Source: a virus
Strand: one strand, 5' to 3'
Length of the DNA stretch: 64,000 bases
IMG/VR virus record: IMGVR_UViG_3300036851_000176
Span: 1-64,000 of that record
Shown here: positions 18,064 to 27,207 of the stretch, one piece after another
Layout of the letters: each line of letters opens with the position of its first letter
How positions within the stretch are numbered: position 1 is the first letter of the stretch
Translations under genes and position numbers: made by a program
Notes under the pieces: model-generated
Told to the model about the DNA's origin: nothing
The model's input: the letters and a program-made list of their open reading frames with translations, nothing else
The model's database searches: none

Positions 18064-18540
18064 GTGGGCATCGGCTGGCTACTAGCGGCAGCACTCGCGA
18101 TCTCGTCTCCTCCGGCGCACATACCGGAGGGGGCGCGGATCGGGGTCATAACTGTCCCTCGAATTCATCTGCGCGCCCGCGTCCTACAGGGCGGGATGAA
18201 TCTTTACACGAAAGACTGGCCTCGCACTCTTAACGGAGGTCCGGCTCACTACCCTGACACGTCTCTGCCCTGGCAGTACGGCACCATGGGCATCGCCGGT
18301 CACCGAGTCACACACACGCATCCATTCCTTCATCTGGATCGCATGCGTCGAGGCGACAAGATCTATCTCAAAACTCGCTATGGGACGTATACCTATCGGG
18401 TATACAAAGTGATCGTCGTACCGCCAAATGCGCTCTGGATTCTGAATGGGCGTAAGGTTCAGCACCTGGTTCTCACGGCCTGCAACCCGCCGCACTTCGC
18501 AACGACTCGCATCGCCGTGTTCGCTCGCCTGGTTACTTAA
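18064..18540 (+). CDS. Sortase, class E-like
   Basis: HYPDT, IAGHRVTH (His), LVLTACNP (Cys), TTRIAV (Arg); N-terminal hydrophobic anchor. Confidence 0.92.
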   Translation: MGIGWLLAAALAISSPPAHIPEGARIGVITVPRIHLRARVLQGGMNLYTKDWPRTLNGGPAHYPDTSLPWQYGTMGIAGHRVTHTHPFLHLDRMRRGDKIYLKTRYGTYTYRVYKVIVVPPNALWILNGRKVQHLVLTACNPPHFATTRIAVFARLVT

Positions 18541-18859
18541 CCGGTGCCGACCGACCGGAATTAGTCGGCTGCACGCAGTTGTCTTTCGGTCCTGCGATGT
18601 GAGTTCCTCCTGACCGAGAGCCTGCGTTAGCGATTCTCTCGCCACAAGTCGGAGGAGTGTATGTGCCAGCCGTCCCGGCCATGATCGCCATGAGGACGAC
18701 GAAGATCGTGAAGCCCCAGACGAGCCACGCGGTTGTCTCCCACGGCATCCACTTGCAATGGTCGCAGCCCTTCTCCTCCCTCTTCGATTTTCGGTCGTGT
18801 CTCCAGTCATCCCGGTCGGGGTCTGGATCGACAGGCGGGAATTGATGCGGTGAAAACAT
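18533..18859 (-). CDS. Membrane protein
   Basis: Central TM helix; converges with the sortase gene. Confidence 0.55.
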   Translation of the reverse strand: MFSPHQFPPVDPDPDRDDWRHDRKSKREEKGCDHCKWMPWETTAWLVWGFTIFVVLMAIMAGTAGTYTPPTCGERIANAGSRSGGTHIAGPKDNCVQPTNSGRSAPVK

Positions 18860-18872
18860 GGGTTACCAAAGT

Positions 18873-19136
18873 TTACACATCAATGGCAGCCTCGATGGCA
18901 GAAATCTCTCGCTGAGCGAACTCGATAACCATCTCTAGGAAGTCGATCAATTCCTTCTTCGAGGAACCACGAGCGGAGAAGGCCGTATCGCAGAGCATCG
19001 GATCGACCTGATCGTAGTCACCGCGCAGGAGAACGACAAAACCTCGCTTCTCTTTCCGCAAAGCTGAAAGAGCACGAGCCTGGACCTGATCAAACTCGTG
19101 GATCGCCTTTCCTCCCAGGGCGAACTCTCCCACCAT
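18873..19136 (-). CDS. Hypothetical protein
   Basis: 87-aa ORF with AAGGA RBS. Confidence 0.55.
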   Translation of the reverse strand: MVGEFALGGKAIHEFDQVQARALSALRKEKRGFVVLLRGDYDQVDPMLCDTAFSARGSSKKELIDFLEMVIEFAQREISAIEAAIDV

Positions 19137-19143
19137 GAGATCC

Positions 19144-20046
19144 TTATTTCAGGACTCGTGTGAGCGTGATCGTCTTCGCCGCACGTACCGTGTCAAGATG
19201 GGAGTCCAACCAGTCGATACAGCGCGTGAGTCCAGTGTCAAGCGGACTGGTCGAGAATGTGACCGCACGCTGCTCGAATAGAACCTGAGTTCCTACCTTG
19301 ACCTGCCACCAGCCGACCTTGGGAGACGGCGGAGGGGGAGGCGGAGGTGGCTGCTCTGGATTGACCTTGCCCCATGCGACCCACTGATCGCCCGTCATTG
19401 GCTCAGCAAGATAGACACCAAAGATCCGCCCCTGCTTATCGAGGCCAGCATAGGCGCTTGGCATCTCACCCCGATACGTCCCGCAGAGAGAGATGAGTGC
19501 ATCCTTCGGGATGCCGTAAATCTCTCCTTGCCCGAGCATCTGATCCAAGTTCGCGTGGCTGTCGGCGTCCGCCTTGTAGCACTCGACGAAGGCAGCCTTG
19601 ACGCCAAGAGAGGCAATCTTCTTCCACTTCGAGCCAGATCGGATCGTCGTATCGTTCGTCGGATCGTACAGGCCCCAGTAGGTCGTGACCACAGCGAGAG
19701 GCAGCGTGTTCCCCGCCGCCTTCAGTGCTTCTAGCGCCTGGACGCACGAGTCGTACTGCCCTGGCCCTTCGATCTGCGGCATGATTCCGTTCGGCTTGAA
19801 GTCGCGCACGATCTGAACGATGCTAGCGTCCATGACGTTCCAGAGAACGACAAAGATCCCTCCGTCCTGAAGGGTCTTCACATCGGCGGGCGTACACTGG
19901 CCGGTCTGGAGGCACACGGTCTTGAAGCCGGTGCTCTTCGCCCAATCGCGCAGAGCGCTGGCGTCCCCGAACCGATCACCCGGAGTGCCTGACATAAGCC
20001 CCCAGGCGACGAAAATCAACGGAGAAGGAAAGGGCGAAATTGGCAT
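19144..20046 (-). CDS. Hypothetical protein, possible glycoside-hydrolase-like domain plus poly-Pro linker
   Basis: Alternating alpha/beta pattern, poly-Pro run, own TACACT-N6-ATG promoter. Confidence 0.55.
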   Translation of the reverse strand: MPISPFPSPLIFVAWGLMSGTPGDRFGDASALRDWAKSTGFKTVCLQTGQCTPADVKTLQDGGIFVVLWNVMDASIVQIVRDFKPNGIMPQIEGPGQYDSCVQALEALKAAGNTLPLAVVTTYWGLYDPTNDTTIRSGSKWKKIASLGVKAAFVECYKADADSHANLDQMLGQGEIYGIPKDALISLCGTYRGEMPSAYAGLDKQGRIFGVYLAEPMTGDQWVAWGKVNPEQPPPPPPPPSPKVGWWQVKVGTQVLFEQRAVTFSTSPLDTGLTRCIDWLDSHLDTVRAAKTITLTRVLK

Positions 20047-20082
20047 GCCCTCAGTGTATCACCTTCATCCTCGATACGCCAC

Positions 20083-20700
20083 TTACGAAGTCAGCGCGTT
20101 GAACGCCTTTCTGAACTCGCGGCGAGCGATCTTTGGCTCCCAGCAGTGAGGCTTGGGCGTGCTCGGATCGGGCACCGGCCAGCGGGCCGAGAACTCCGGC
20201 CCAAACAGATTGTAGATCTCCGAGGCGAGCATCATGTTGTCTGCCGTCTTCACTACTTCCGGATACGGGAAGATCAGGTTGAACCTCTCGGCGATGGCGA
20301 TTTCGAGTCGCTCCTCCGCCGCGAGGTAGAACTCACCGAAGCCCTCGGCCTTCTTGACTGGACGCGCCATGTCGCTGAGGTAGCCCTCGCTGCCGTCGTG
20401 CAGAAGCGTCGTCAGTAGCAGACGTACCGAAGCATTCGGCTTCAGGATCTCGCGGACGATCTTCAGGCACAGCGTGCAATGTTCAGCTACGGAATAAAAT
20501 TCCTTAGTATGGCCGGTGAAGCGACACTGGTTCGACAGCGAGTGGGCGATGTCGTCGATGTTGATGTCCTCTGGGTCGGGGTCCAGCGGGCGAATCCATC
20601 CGCCTGAGTACGTAGCGATGGCGTCCGGTGTGCTGGTCAGCAGGCCGTCCGCGTTCAGGACGGCGATCCCCTCTGCTGGCAGTTGTTCGGCTGCCCTCAT
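20083..20700 (-). CDS. HD-domain 5'-deoxynucleotidase (YfbR/YfdR-like)
   Basis: DIAHSLSNQCRFTGH, YSVAEH, LLHDGSEGY. Confidence 0.88.
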   Translation of the reverse strand: MRAAEQLPAEGIAVLNADGLLTSTPDAIATYSGGWIRPLDPDPEDINIDDIAHSLSNQCRFTGHTKEFYSVAEHCTLCLKIVREILKPNASVRLLLTTLLHDGSEGYLSDMARPVKKAEGFGEFYLAAEERLEIAIAERFNLIFPYPEVVKTADNMMLASEIYNLFGPEFSARWPVPDPSTPKPHCWEPKIARREFRKAFNALTS

Positions 20701-20713
20701 GATCTGCTCCTTC

Positions 20714-21649
20714 CTAGGTTCGCTCGCGGAACGATTCTGCTCTCGCTCCGTCCGTGAGTTTGATCCACTCGGCATTCGTGTAGAGTTCGTAGAGGTTGCG
20801 CGCACCGGCATAACTGATGCCGGAGCGCAATCCCCACGCGAGCCTCTTCACGATGTCTTCGAGTGGCTCTTTCTCCTGTGTGATCGTAATGCTTACACCT
20901 TCTGGCGCGCGATGCCCGTTAAGCACGTTAGACGCGCAGCCGTAAAACTCTCCGTTGTTTGGAGCCTCCTTGGCGGAGGCGAAGAGACTCCCGATCATGA
21001 CCGCGACAGCACCAGCGGCCAGAGCCTTCACTACGTCCCCTGAGTTTCGGATCCCTCCGTCCGCGATGATCGGGGCCTCTGCGGCCTCGGCGCATTCCAT
21101 GATCGCAGAGAGTTGTGGCACTCCGAACCCGGTTACGGTGCGCGTCATGCACGCAGCTCCCGGACCGATGCCTACCTTGATCGTATCTGCTCCCGCCTCT
21201 TCCAGATCGAGCGTGCCCTCGGCGGTCGCGACGTTTCCGACCATCCAAGTCTCTCCTCGAATGCTCGCGTTGGTTGCGACAAATTCGAGCACAGGATCCG
21301 AATGGGCATGAGCAACGTCCAGACAGAATCGATAGCATCCAGCAAGCCGCAAGGCGTCAAGTCGGCGCTCGTCCAGACCGATCGCGCAATATGCATCGAA
21401 CCCGGCAACCGCCAGTTCTCGAATCTGGCTGGCGACATCTTGGAAGCGATGAATCACACCGATGCCTCCTAGTCCCCACATCTCACTCGCCAAATAGCCG
21501 TCCGTCACGCTCGGCATCGGTGCGGAGACAAAAGGAACCTCGTACTGGTCTCCTCCGAAACTTGTGGAAATGTCTGCGTCTGCGCGCGTGCGCAGGAGAC
21601 CTCTTTTAGGTCGGAGAAGTACGTCGTCGAAGGTGAGATAGTCTCTCAT
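20714..21649 (-). CDS. guaC: IMPDH/GMP reductase family, GMP reductase-like
   Basis: [33 protein letters not shown]; no CBS domain and no flap RY dyad. Confidence 0.8.
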   Translation of the reverse strand: MRDYLTFDDVLLRPKRGLLRTRADADISTSFGGDQYEVPFVSAPMPSVTDGYLASEMWGLGGIGVIHRFQDVASQIRELAVAGFDAYCAIGLDERRLDALRLAGCYRFCLDVAHAHSDPVLEFVATNASIRGETWMVGNVATAEGTLDLEEAGADTIKVGIGPGAACMTRTVTGFGVPQLSAIMECAEAAEAPIIADGGIRNSGDVVKALAAGAVAVMIGSLFASAKEAPNNGEFYGCASNVLNGHRAPEGVSITITQEKEPLEDIVKRLAWGLRSGISYAGARNLYELYTNAEWIKLTDGARAESFRERT

Positions 21650-22150
21650 TTACAGGATCAAGTGCGGCATGCCAGCAGCGCTACCGGGACAGGGTGCTCC
21701 TGCGACGGGATTGCGTTGACCACACGTAGCACATTCTAGCCCCTTTGCGACCTGTCCGGTAGCCCCTAGAACCCGTCGCTCCTTCTCGGCTCGCTTGCGT
21801 TTCCTTTTGTCACCGTGTTTCGGAGCCACCAGGGACCTTCCAGTTCGTCTGCTGAGGGACAATGCGCACCGCTGTTGGGCAGTGATGGATGAGATTCTCG
21901 TACATCTGATAGCCGCACTTCGGGCAGTTTCCAGCCGGTCGCGGGGTAGTCGTCGATGGCGGACAAAGATGGCACATCAGCAGCGACACTTTCCGATTGC
22001 CTTCAGACAACCTGAGCAGCGAAGGGTATACCCATCTGCATCCCAGGTGTGGATTCGAGTCCCCCATTTGCCGCAAGGGCATCTGGGAGCCGCCCTTCGC
22101 CTCGTCAGTTCGTCCAGTAACTCTTGGACTGAGTAGTTAGACAGGCTCAT
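21650..22150 (-). CDS. Three consecutive Cys-rich zinc-ribbon microproteins
   Basis: CPCGK...CSGC, CPKCG and CATCG in three consecutive short ORFs. Confidence 0.5.
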
Positions 22151-22974
22151 GCGGCGACCGCTCCCGTCCAACGATCGATCGTGTCATCCAGGAAGTCACT
22201 CCGCAAGTCAATCCCTATACAGCGCCGACCGGAAGTCTTAGCGGCTGCGGCTGTGGATCCAGAACCGATGAAGGGATCGAGCACGATGCCTTTGGGCTTA
22301 CAGCCCAGGCGCATGCATCGTTCAGCTAGGGCAGGAGGGAAGGCGGCGTCATGCCGTCCCCTGTAGGGCTTCGTGGGCATAGACCAGACCGTACGGACGG
22401 GCTTGCCCTCCTGGCGACGCCGATCCAGCGAATTCATGTCGATTGGCTTGATGCCTCGGTACTCCTTCACGATGGTCTGCTTGCCCCATCGCTCCCACTT
22501 CGCCGGGACCATAACCGCGCGGCGGTCGTAGTCGTAGTCAGCATTCTTCGCGAGCAGGAACACGTACTCATGATCCTGCGTCTGACGGCGCTTGGCTCCG
22601 TACGGGGTGACGTTGGTCTTGTGCCAGATAAAGGTCTGTGCCAGGAGCCACCCGGATTGTCGCAGGGCCGTCATTACGTCGTACGCAGGCATGAGTTCGT
22701 TCTTCTCCCATTTATCTCCGATATTCAACCAGCAAGTTCCGTGTGGTCTCAGCACACGAAGGGCCTCTTCGAAAATCGAGCCAATGGCGTTGCAGTAATC
22801 TGACCAGGAATCTTCTTGTCCAACCTGATCTGAGTGACCGTAATCGCGCAAGCGGAAATACGGAGGAGAGGTCACGATACAGTCCACTGAGTTCTTGCGG
22901 AACTCAGACAGAGTGGCTGACGCCTCTCCTTCGTACAGCGTCAGCCCCTTCTGAAGATGATACGGAGCGACCAT
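22147..22974 (-). CDS. DNA methyltransferase, N4C/N6A beta class
   Basis: TSPPY, HDAAFP, VLDPFIGSGST. Confidence 0.92.
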   Translation of the reverse strand: MVAPYHLQKGLTLYEGEASATLSEFRKNSVDCIVTSPPYFRLRDYGHSDQVGQEDSWSDYCNAIGSIFEEALRVLRPHGTCWLNIGDKWEKNELMPAYDVMTALRQSGWLLAQTFIWHKTNVTPYGAKRRQTQDHEYVFLLAKNADYDYDRRAVMVPAKWERWGKQTIVKEYRGIKPIDMNSLDRRRQEGKPVRTVWSMPTKPYRGRHDAAFPPALAERCMRLGCKPKGIVLDPFIGSGSTAAAAKTSGRRCIGIDLRSDFLDDTIDRWTGAVAA

Positions 22975-23186
22975 CAGTCGATCAGGTAAGCCCAGACCCA
23001 GACCGTGCCAGTCTCTGGGTCAGACTCGACATTGATCGGAGTCCAGCGCTTGCGGATGCCTCGCTCGACCGTGTCTGGGATCTTGAAGAAGCTCGCATCC
23101 TCGATGTCGAGGAGACCGTCCTCGCCGACGACGGTCATGTCGAGGTCCTTCAGATTGAACGCGAACTTCGTGACGTAGGCAGGCAT
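22974..23186 (-). CDS. Hypothetical protein
   Basis: Coupled ORF. Confidence 0.55.
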   Translation of the reverse strand: MPAYVTKFAFNLKDLDMTVVGEDGLLDIEDASFFKIPDTVERGIRKRWTPINVESDPETGTVWVWAYLID

Positions 23187-23374
23187 CAGGTTCCAGCGGG
23201 GTCGGACTGTTCGTCCTCGTCTACCTGTGGACGCTTCGGTGCGTCCGGGGGAGACGGGGTGATCGGCTCGTCCGGGTCTTCGGGCGGCGTCGTGTTGATC
23301 GCTCCGCCGATGCTCTGACCTTCGTCCGCGTCGTCGTTGTACTCTTCGTCTGAGATTTCGAAACTGATTCCCAT
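23186..23374 (-). CDS. Acidic Pro-rich small protein
   Basis: Coupled ORF. Confidence 0.5.
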   Translation of the reverse strand: MGISFEISDEEYNDDADEGQSIGGAINTTPPEDPDEPITPSPPDAPKRPQVDEDEQSDPAGT

Positions 23375-23375
23375 C

Positions 23376-23663
23376 TCATCGTCCTTTCAGTTGGGCGAGG
23401 TCTGCGACACTCGCGACATGGATCCCGCCGGTAAGTCCGGCGCCGAGTTCCTTGGTCTGGTTCTCGCTGAGTTTGATCGTGTAGATCATCCCCGGCGTGA
23501 GAACCTTGATAAGGGCGATCTGCCCCTCGACAGGGTGGTTGATCTTCTCCACGCGCATGCCGAACGGGGTGATGAACAGTTCGGGGAGATCAGGCATCCC
23601 CTGCGGCGGGCCGACCTCTACGTCTTCGGCCTGACCGTTACCTTCCTGTGCTTCGTCGTTCAT
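23376..23663 (-). CDS. Hypothetical protein
   Basis: 95 aa, AAAGGT RBS. Confidence 0.6.
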   Translation of the reverse strand: MNDEAQEGNGQAEDVEVGPPQGMPDLPELFITPFGMRVEKINHPVEGQIALIKVLTPGMIYTIKLSENQTKELGAGLTGGIHVASVADLAQLKGR

Positions 23664-23721
23664 TTCTACCTTTCTGTCGTCTATTTTGACAACGTTACTT
23701 CGTATACAGCTTCAGAAAATT

Positions 23722-23835
23722 TCAGGATCCACAACATCCCTCATGCCACCCGCACTTCGAGCAGTGAAACGAACTCGTGGCCCACACGAGTTGATTCCCA
23801 CAACGCGGACATCTGCGCTTGGTCTCGCAGGTCAC
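23722..23835 (-). CDS. 37-aa zinc-ribbon microprotein
   Basis: Hand-translated MTCETKRRCPRCGNQL...CSKCGWHEGCCGS; GTGA overlap. Confidence 0.55.
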   Translation of the reverse strand: MTCETKRRCPRCGNQLVWATSSFHCSKCGWHEGCCGS

Positions 23836-24140
23836 AGGGCGGAAAGCATTTCGGGAACAGACTCAGGAGAGCAGCCAGATGCGAGCATGTCGCAGGCGAC
23901 GTGCAGATCAATTGACTCATCTGCTGCGCAAGACTTCGCGAGTTCCTTGGGCATCCCGGCGAGTTCGAGTTGCTCTTTCCGCCAGAGATAGACCCGGTGT
24001 GCCTCTTGCTCCTTGGAATCGGCGCGAGCCTTCTGGATTCGGACAGGAATCTTCTTTGGCGGCTCCTTGCCGCCTCGATCCTCTAGCCCTCTCCCGGTTG
24101 GACGCCGACCCCCTGGCACGCGACCGCTCTCCTTTGTCAT
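23832..24140 (-). CDS. Hypothetical protein
   Basis: WRKEQLELAG...IDLHVA...GCSPE. Confidence 0.6.
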   Translation of the reverse strand: MTKESGRVPGGRRPTGRGLEDRGGKEPPKKIPVRIQKARADSKEQEAHRVYLWRKEQLELAGMPKELAKSCAADESIDLHVACDMLASGCSPESVPEMLSAL

Positions 24141-24145
24141 GTGAC

Positions 24146-24568
24146 TTAGCCGATGCCCTTGAACGGCGGCTCACCCTTAGTGAACAGCCCTTCGACGGCT
24201 CGGACTCCTGATGTTGCTGCGCCGACGATCGCAGCCGAGATGGCTGCGCGCTCTAGGTGCAGATCCGGCGCCTGAAGCACTCCGATTCCGAACACGGTGA
24301 GGCTGGACAGGAACGCTCTTGCGAACGAGTCCACGATCGCGGTGTAATCCGCGAGTCCGACCTTGGCGAGCAGACGGCCGAACGACAGGGCCGGGAACTT
24401 CACCTGGAGCAGACGCAGAACGGCAGTACCGCCAGCGGTGAGAGCCGCGAGATAGGCGGCGCCCTTCTGACCAACATCCGGGACCTGGTAAAGACCGATG
24501 TACGTGACGATGGCAGTTCCGACAAAGGCTCGGACAGCTGACCTCGCCGCGACGCTGAAATTGCTCAT
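24146..24568 (-). CDS. Holin-like protein, internally duplicated, about 4 TM
   Basis: AVRAF/FARAF repeated halves; AAAGGAGG RBS; follows the lysins. Confidence 0.7.
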   Translation of the reverse strand: MSNFSVAARSAVRAFVGTAIVTYIGLYQVPDVGQKGAAYLAALTAGGTAVLRLLQVKFPALSFGRLLAKVGLADYTAIVDSFARAFLSSLTVFGIGVLQAPDLHLERAAISAAIVGAATSGVRAVEGLFTKGEPPFKGIG

Positions 24569-24595
24569 GATCCTCCTTTCGACATGTCTCTGAGT

Positions 24596-25243
24596 TTAGC
24601 AGGCCGAGACGAGAGAGACATATTCAGCGGCTCGACTGAACGAATCTTTTCCGCCTAGTTGGGGGCCTCCAGAGTCGGGCTTTCCGGCTTCTACCCAGTC
24701 CTTCGAAAAGATCCTGCCGATGGTCCAGGCTGCAATCCCGCCCTGTTCATCGCCCCCGCAGAACTCGATCGCGGCTTTGAGCCTGCGCACCCCATAGTCC
24801 AACGCCCACGCCGGATCCCAGGCATCCTCGATCGAGATCGAAGGATTGAAGTGCAACTCTACTTGCACAAGACCCTCTTCGTCCTGGGGACCCTGTGCAA
24901 CGGGGTCATTCTGGCTTCGAGCATTCTTCAACTTGAGAAGCCAATTGTTCTTGATCCCGAATCGTTTCTCAATCTCTCTCGTACGCGCGTCGAACAATGC
25001 AGCAGCCGTAATTGGTCCAATCAAACCATCGGGATCTAGATCGCGAGCCTTCTGAAAGTCGATCGTCTGCTTGAGCGTTGAGGAACAGAACACCGGCTCT
25101 CGCACATCGATCCCGATCGCGAATCCGTTGTAGACCAACTCCTTCTTGACAGCGTACAATCCGAAGGCGGACCGGCCGTACGGATCTGAAGTGAAGTTGT
25201 CGTCGCGTCCATACGACTCCGGCCAGATTCCTCGTCCAGGCAT
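24596..25243 (-). CDS. Peptidoglycan-binding domain plus SLT-like domain (catalytic Glu apparently absent)
   Basis: FQKARDLDPDGLIGPIT; ARSQNDP...GLVQ...WDP. Confidence 0.7.
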   Translation of the reverse strand: MPGRGIWPESYGRDDNFTSDPYGRSAFGLYAVKKELVYNGFAIGIDVREPVFCSSTLKQTIDFQKARDLDPDGLIGPITAAALFDARTREIEKRFGIKNNWLLKLKNARSQNDPVAQGPQDEEGLVQVELHFNPSISIEDAWDPAWALDYGVRRLKAAIEFCGGDEQGGIAAWTIGRIFSKDWVEAGKPDSGGPQLGGKDSFSRAAEYVSLVSAC

Positions 25244-25497
25244 TAGCGAGCCAGAGTTCTCCGGATCGGCGTTAGATCTTTGACTGCCGTGTAGTCCCAG
25301 TCCTTGCCAGCGGAGCCGTCCGGGTACTGGGCGACCTCCTCCTCGGTCACGGGGAGGAACTGAACGACGCAGTTGCAAGCGTCTCCCTCCGATGTGATCC
25401 GAGCGATGATGCCCTCGCGCACGTCCGGCTGGTTGTACGTCGGCCCCTTCACCCAGTCTCCGGGCTTCGCCAGTGTTCCGTCAGCGTAGTGGGGCAT
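25243..25497 (-). CDS. Hypothetical protein
   Basis: MPHYADGTLAKPGD, coupled. Confidence 0.6.
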   Translation of the reverse strand: MPHYADGTLAKPGDWVKGPTYNQPDVREGIIARITSEGDACNCVVQFLPVTEEEVAQYPDGSAGKDWDYTAVKDLTPIRRTLAR

Positions 25498-25664
25498 CAG
25501 AAGTCCCTCCATGACCTGTAGATGCGGCTACCGACGAAGATCTCGAAGAGAAGTTCGAAGATGCCGACGATGAGAAGGATCGCTCCGATGGTGTGAATGT
25601 CCACCTTGTCGGTCTGGACGTTCACGGCCCACAGGAGGATCGCTCCAACTGCGATGAGAAACAT
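25497..25664 (-). CDS. DUF6458-like 2-TM protein
   Basis: LIAVGAILLWAV...VDIHTIGAILLIVG. Confidence 0.65.
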   Translation of the reverse strand: MFLIAVGAILLWAVNVQTDKVDIHTIGAILLIVGIFELLFEIFVGSRIYRSWRDF

Positions 25665-26329
25665 TACGCCTCCTTCTTGATCTTGCGAAGTACGACGGTC
25701 AACTGTGCATTCGACTGAGAACCCCACTTGCCATCGACCTTCTGGTGGTATTCCTTCTGGAATGCCTTTACGGCATCCTCTGTCACCGAGTCGTAGTTCC
25801 AGCGAGCGCCCTTGAGAAACCCGGCTCGCTTCAGTCGTCTCGTGAGGTTCACCACGCGCGGCCCCTTGCTTCCACGCTTGAGCGCAGGCAGTTTAAGGAC
25901 CGGCATCTTGCGAAAGTTGAGGTGGTGGTACTCGGAGCGCGAGCCTGGGTAGGTCACCGTGACCCGGTACCCGAACTTCGCCGCCGAGCGAATGAAAGCC
26001 TGGACGTGTCCATCGTCCACGTCAATACCGACCTGCCAGTAGAGGAGTTTGCGTCCGGCGGGGCCGGGGTAGGCCACTCCGTCTGAGCGCAGTTCATGTG
26101 TCGATCGACCCGGAGGGTTCGCGGGGTTCGGCTGCTCAGGGCGACCCTGGTGCTGATACAGCCAGGTCTGTGAGTGCTTTCCGCACTTGGCGAGCAGCGC
26201 TGCGGCGTCGTTGGCCCGGTAGCACGACTGAAGGTGTGCGCCGGAGTCGTCGAGGATCTGTTGCATCACCGGGGCCAGTTTCCTTGGGACCGGACAACAC
26301 TGAATGAGCACGTAAGGAGAATCGGTCAT
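25664..26329 (-). CDS. Endolysin: M15-type peptidase plus PG-binding domain
   Basis: SCYR...Q..LY...ANPPGRSTH...D...EYHH; AVKAFQKEYHQKVDGKWG. Confidence 0.8.
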   Translation of the reverse strand: MTDSPYVLIQCCPVPRKLAPVMQQILDDSGAHLQSCYRANDAAALLAKCGKHSQTWLYQHQGRPEQPNPANPPGRSTHELRSDGVAYPGPAGRKLLYWQVGIDVDDGHVQAFIRSAAKFGYRVTVTYPGSRSEYHHLNFRKMPVLKLPALKRGSKGPRVVNLTRRLKRAGFLKGARWNYDSVTEDAVKAFQKEYHQKVDGKWGSQSNAQLTVVLRKIKKEA

Positions 26330-26877
26330 CGATACTGGCCTGTGGCGAAGAGATGCGCCTCGCGCTCTCGGCGAGCCAGGAGTCCGGGCAGGTGATGACC
26401 GCCAGCCACGTCCCATTTGTCCAGTTCGCGGCGAACAGCGGCCTTGTCCAGGTCACCGACCTTGCCGTCCTTCGACACTCTCGTGAGGGTTCTTTCGAGG
26501 CCAGAGTCGTCCAGCCAGCCCGTCCCGACGTTGAATGAGAAGGAGACCAGCGCATCGAACTGCGGCTGGTTCAGCTTCCACTTGCGTTTCTTGGCGTGCG
26601 TCGCCAGGGGGCGAGCGTATCGTTCCGCGTCGGTGATGAGTAGATTGATTGCCTGCTTGACTGTCATCGGCTTCTTGTAGACCTTCTTCACTGGGTCGTA
26701 GCCGTACTTGGCCCTATCCGCCGCAGTCACATTTCCATAGTGCATCAGATGTCCGTATCCGATGGTTGCATGCCCAACTGCGTCGTTATACGGAGTCAGG
26801 CGCAGACCCTCGGAGCGGCCGATGAACTCGGCACCCTTCTTAGAGAGATGCTTCGGTCGTACGAACGGAACTTTCAT
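26326..26877 (-). CDS. Endolysin, GH24 phage lysozyme
   Basis: EGLRLTPYNDAVGHATIGYGH, FDALVSFSFNVG, GLLARRERE. Confidence 0.92.
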   Translation of the reverse strand: MKVPFVRPKHLSKKGAEFIGRSEGLRLTPYNDAVGHATIGYGHLMHYGNVTAADRAKYGYDPVKKVYKKPMTVKQAINLLITDAERYARPLATHAKKRKWKLNQPQFDALVSFSFNVGTGWLDDSGLERTLTRVSKDGKVGDLDKAAVRRELDKWDVAGGHHLPGLLARREREAHLFATGQYR

Positions 26878-26886
26878 GCTCTCAGT

Positions 26887-27196
26887 TTACCTGACGCACG
26901 GAACAGATTTCGGCGGATTCAGGCCAAAGTAAAGTGCCAACACGACTCCGACCGCCAAGATCATGTACGCGATCACAATCAAGGGCCACCCTTTTACTCT
27001 GGAAATAACGATCTCGACAGGATCGACCACGGCCACGGGGACATTTGATGCTCCACCCGATCCGCCGGTACCCCCCCGCACCGCCAGTTGTCTGGCCCTC
27101 CCCTCCGGTGCCACCAGCACCGCCGGTCCCGCCTTGGATGCCCGTGGCATCCCTTCCTGGCTCACCCGGCCTTCCCTTGCTCTTGTCCTCTTCCAT
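26887..27196 (-). pseudogene. Gly-rich membrane protein split by +1 frameshift in a G7 tract
   Basis: MEEDKSK...GGAGG continues as GGTGGSGG plus TM helix only if G7 (27071-27077) is G6. Confidence 0.65.
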
Positions 27197-27207
27197 CACT
27201 CCTCCTC

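Noticed and set aside
18047-18110. Frameshift or readthrough fusing LAHT to the sortase hydrophobic N-terminus
   Set aside because: No single indel yields LAHTG, there is no slippery site, and the sortase needs that segment as its own anchor
20083-21649. Z-genome (2-aminoadenine) pathway
   Set aside because: No PurZ or MazZ visible; the HD protein is the common YfbR/YfdR type
22045-22075. GGATTCGAGTCCCC resembling a tRNA T-arm
   Set aside because: No cloverleaf can be built and it lies inside a Cys-rich ORF
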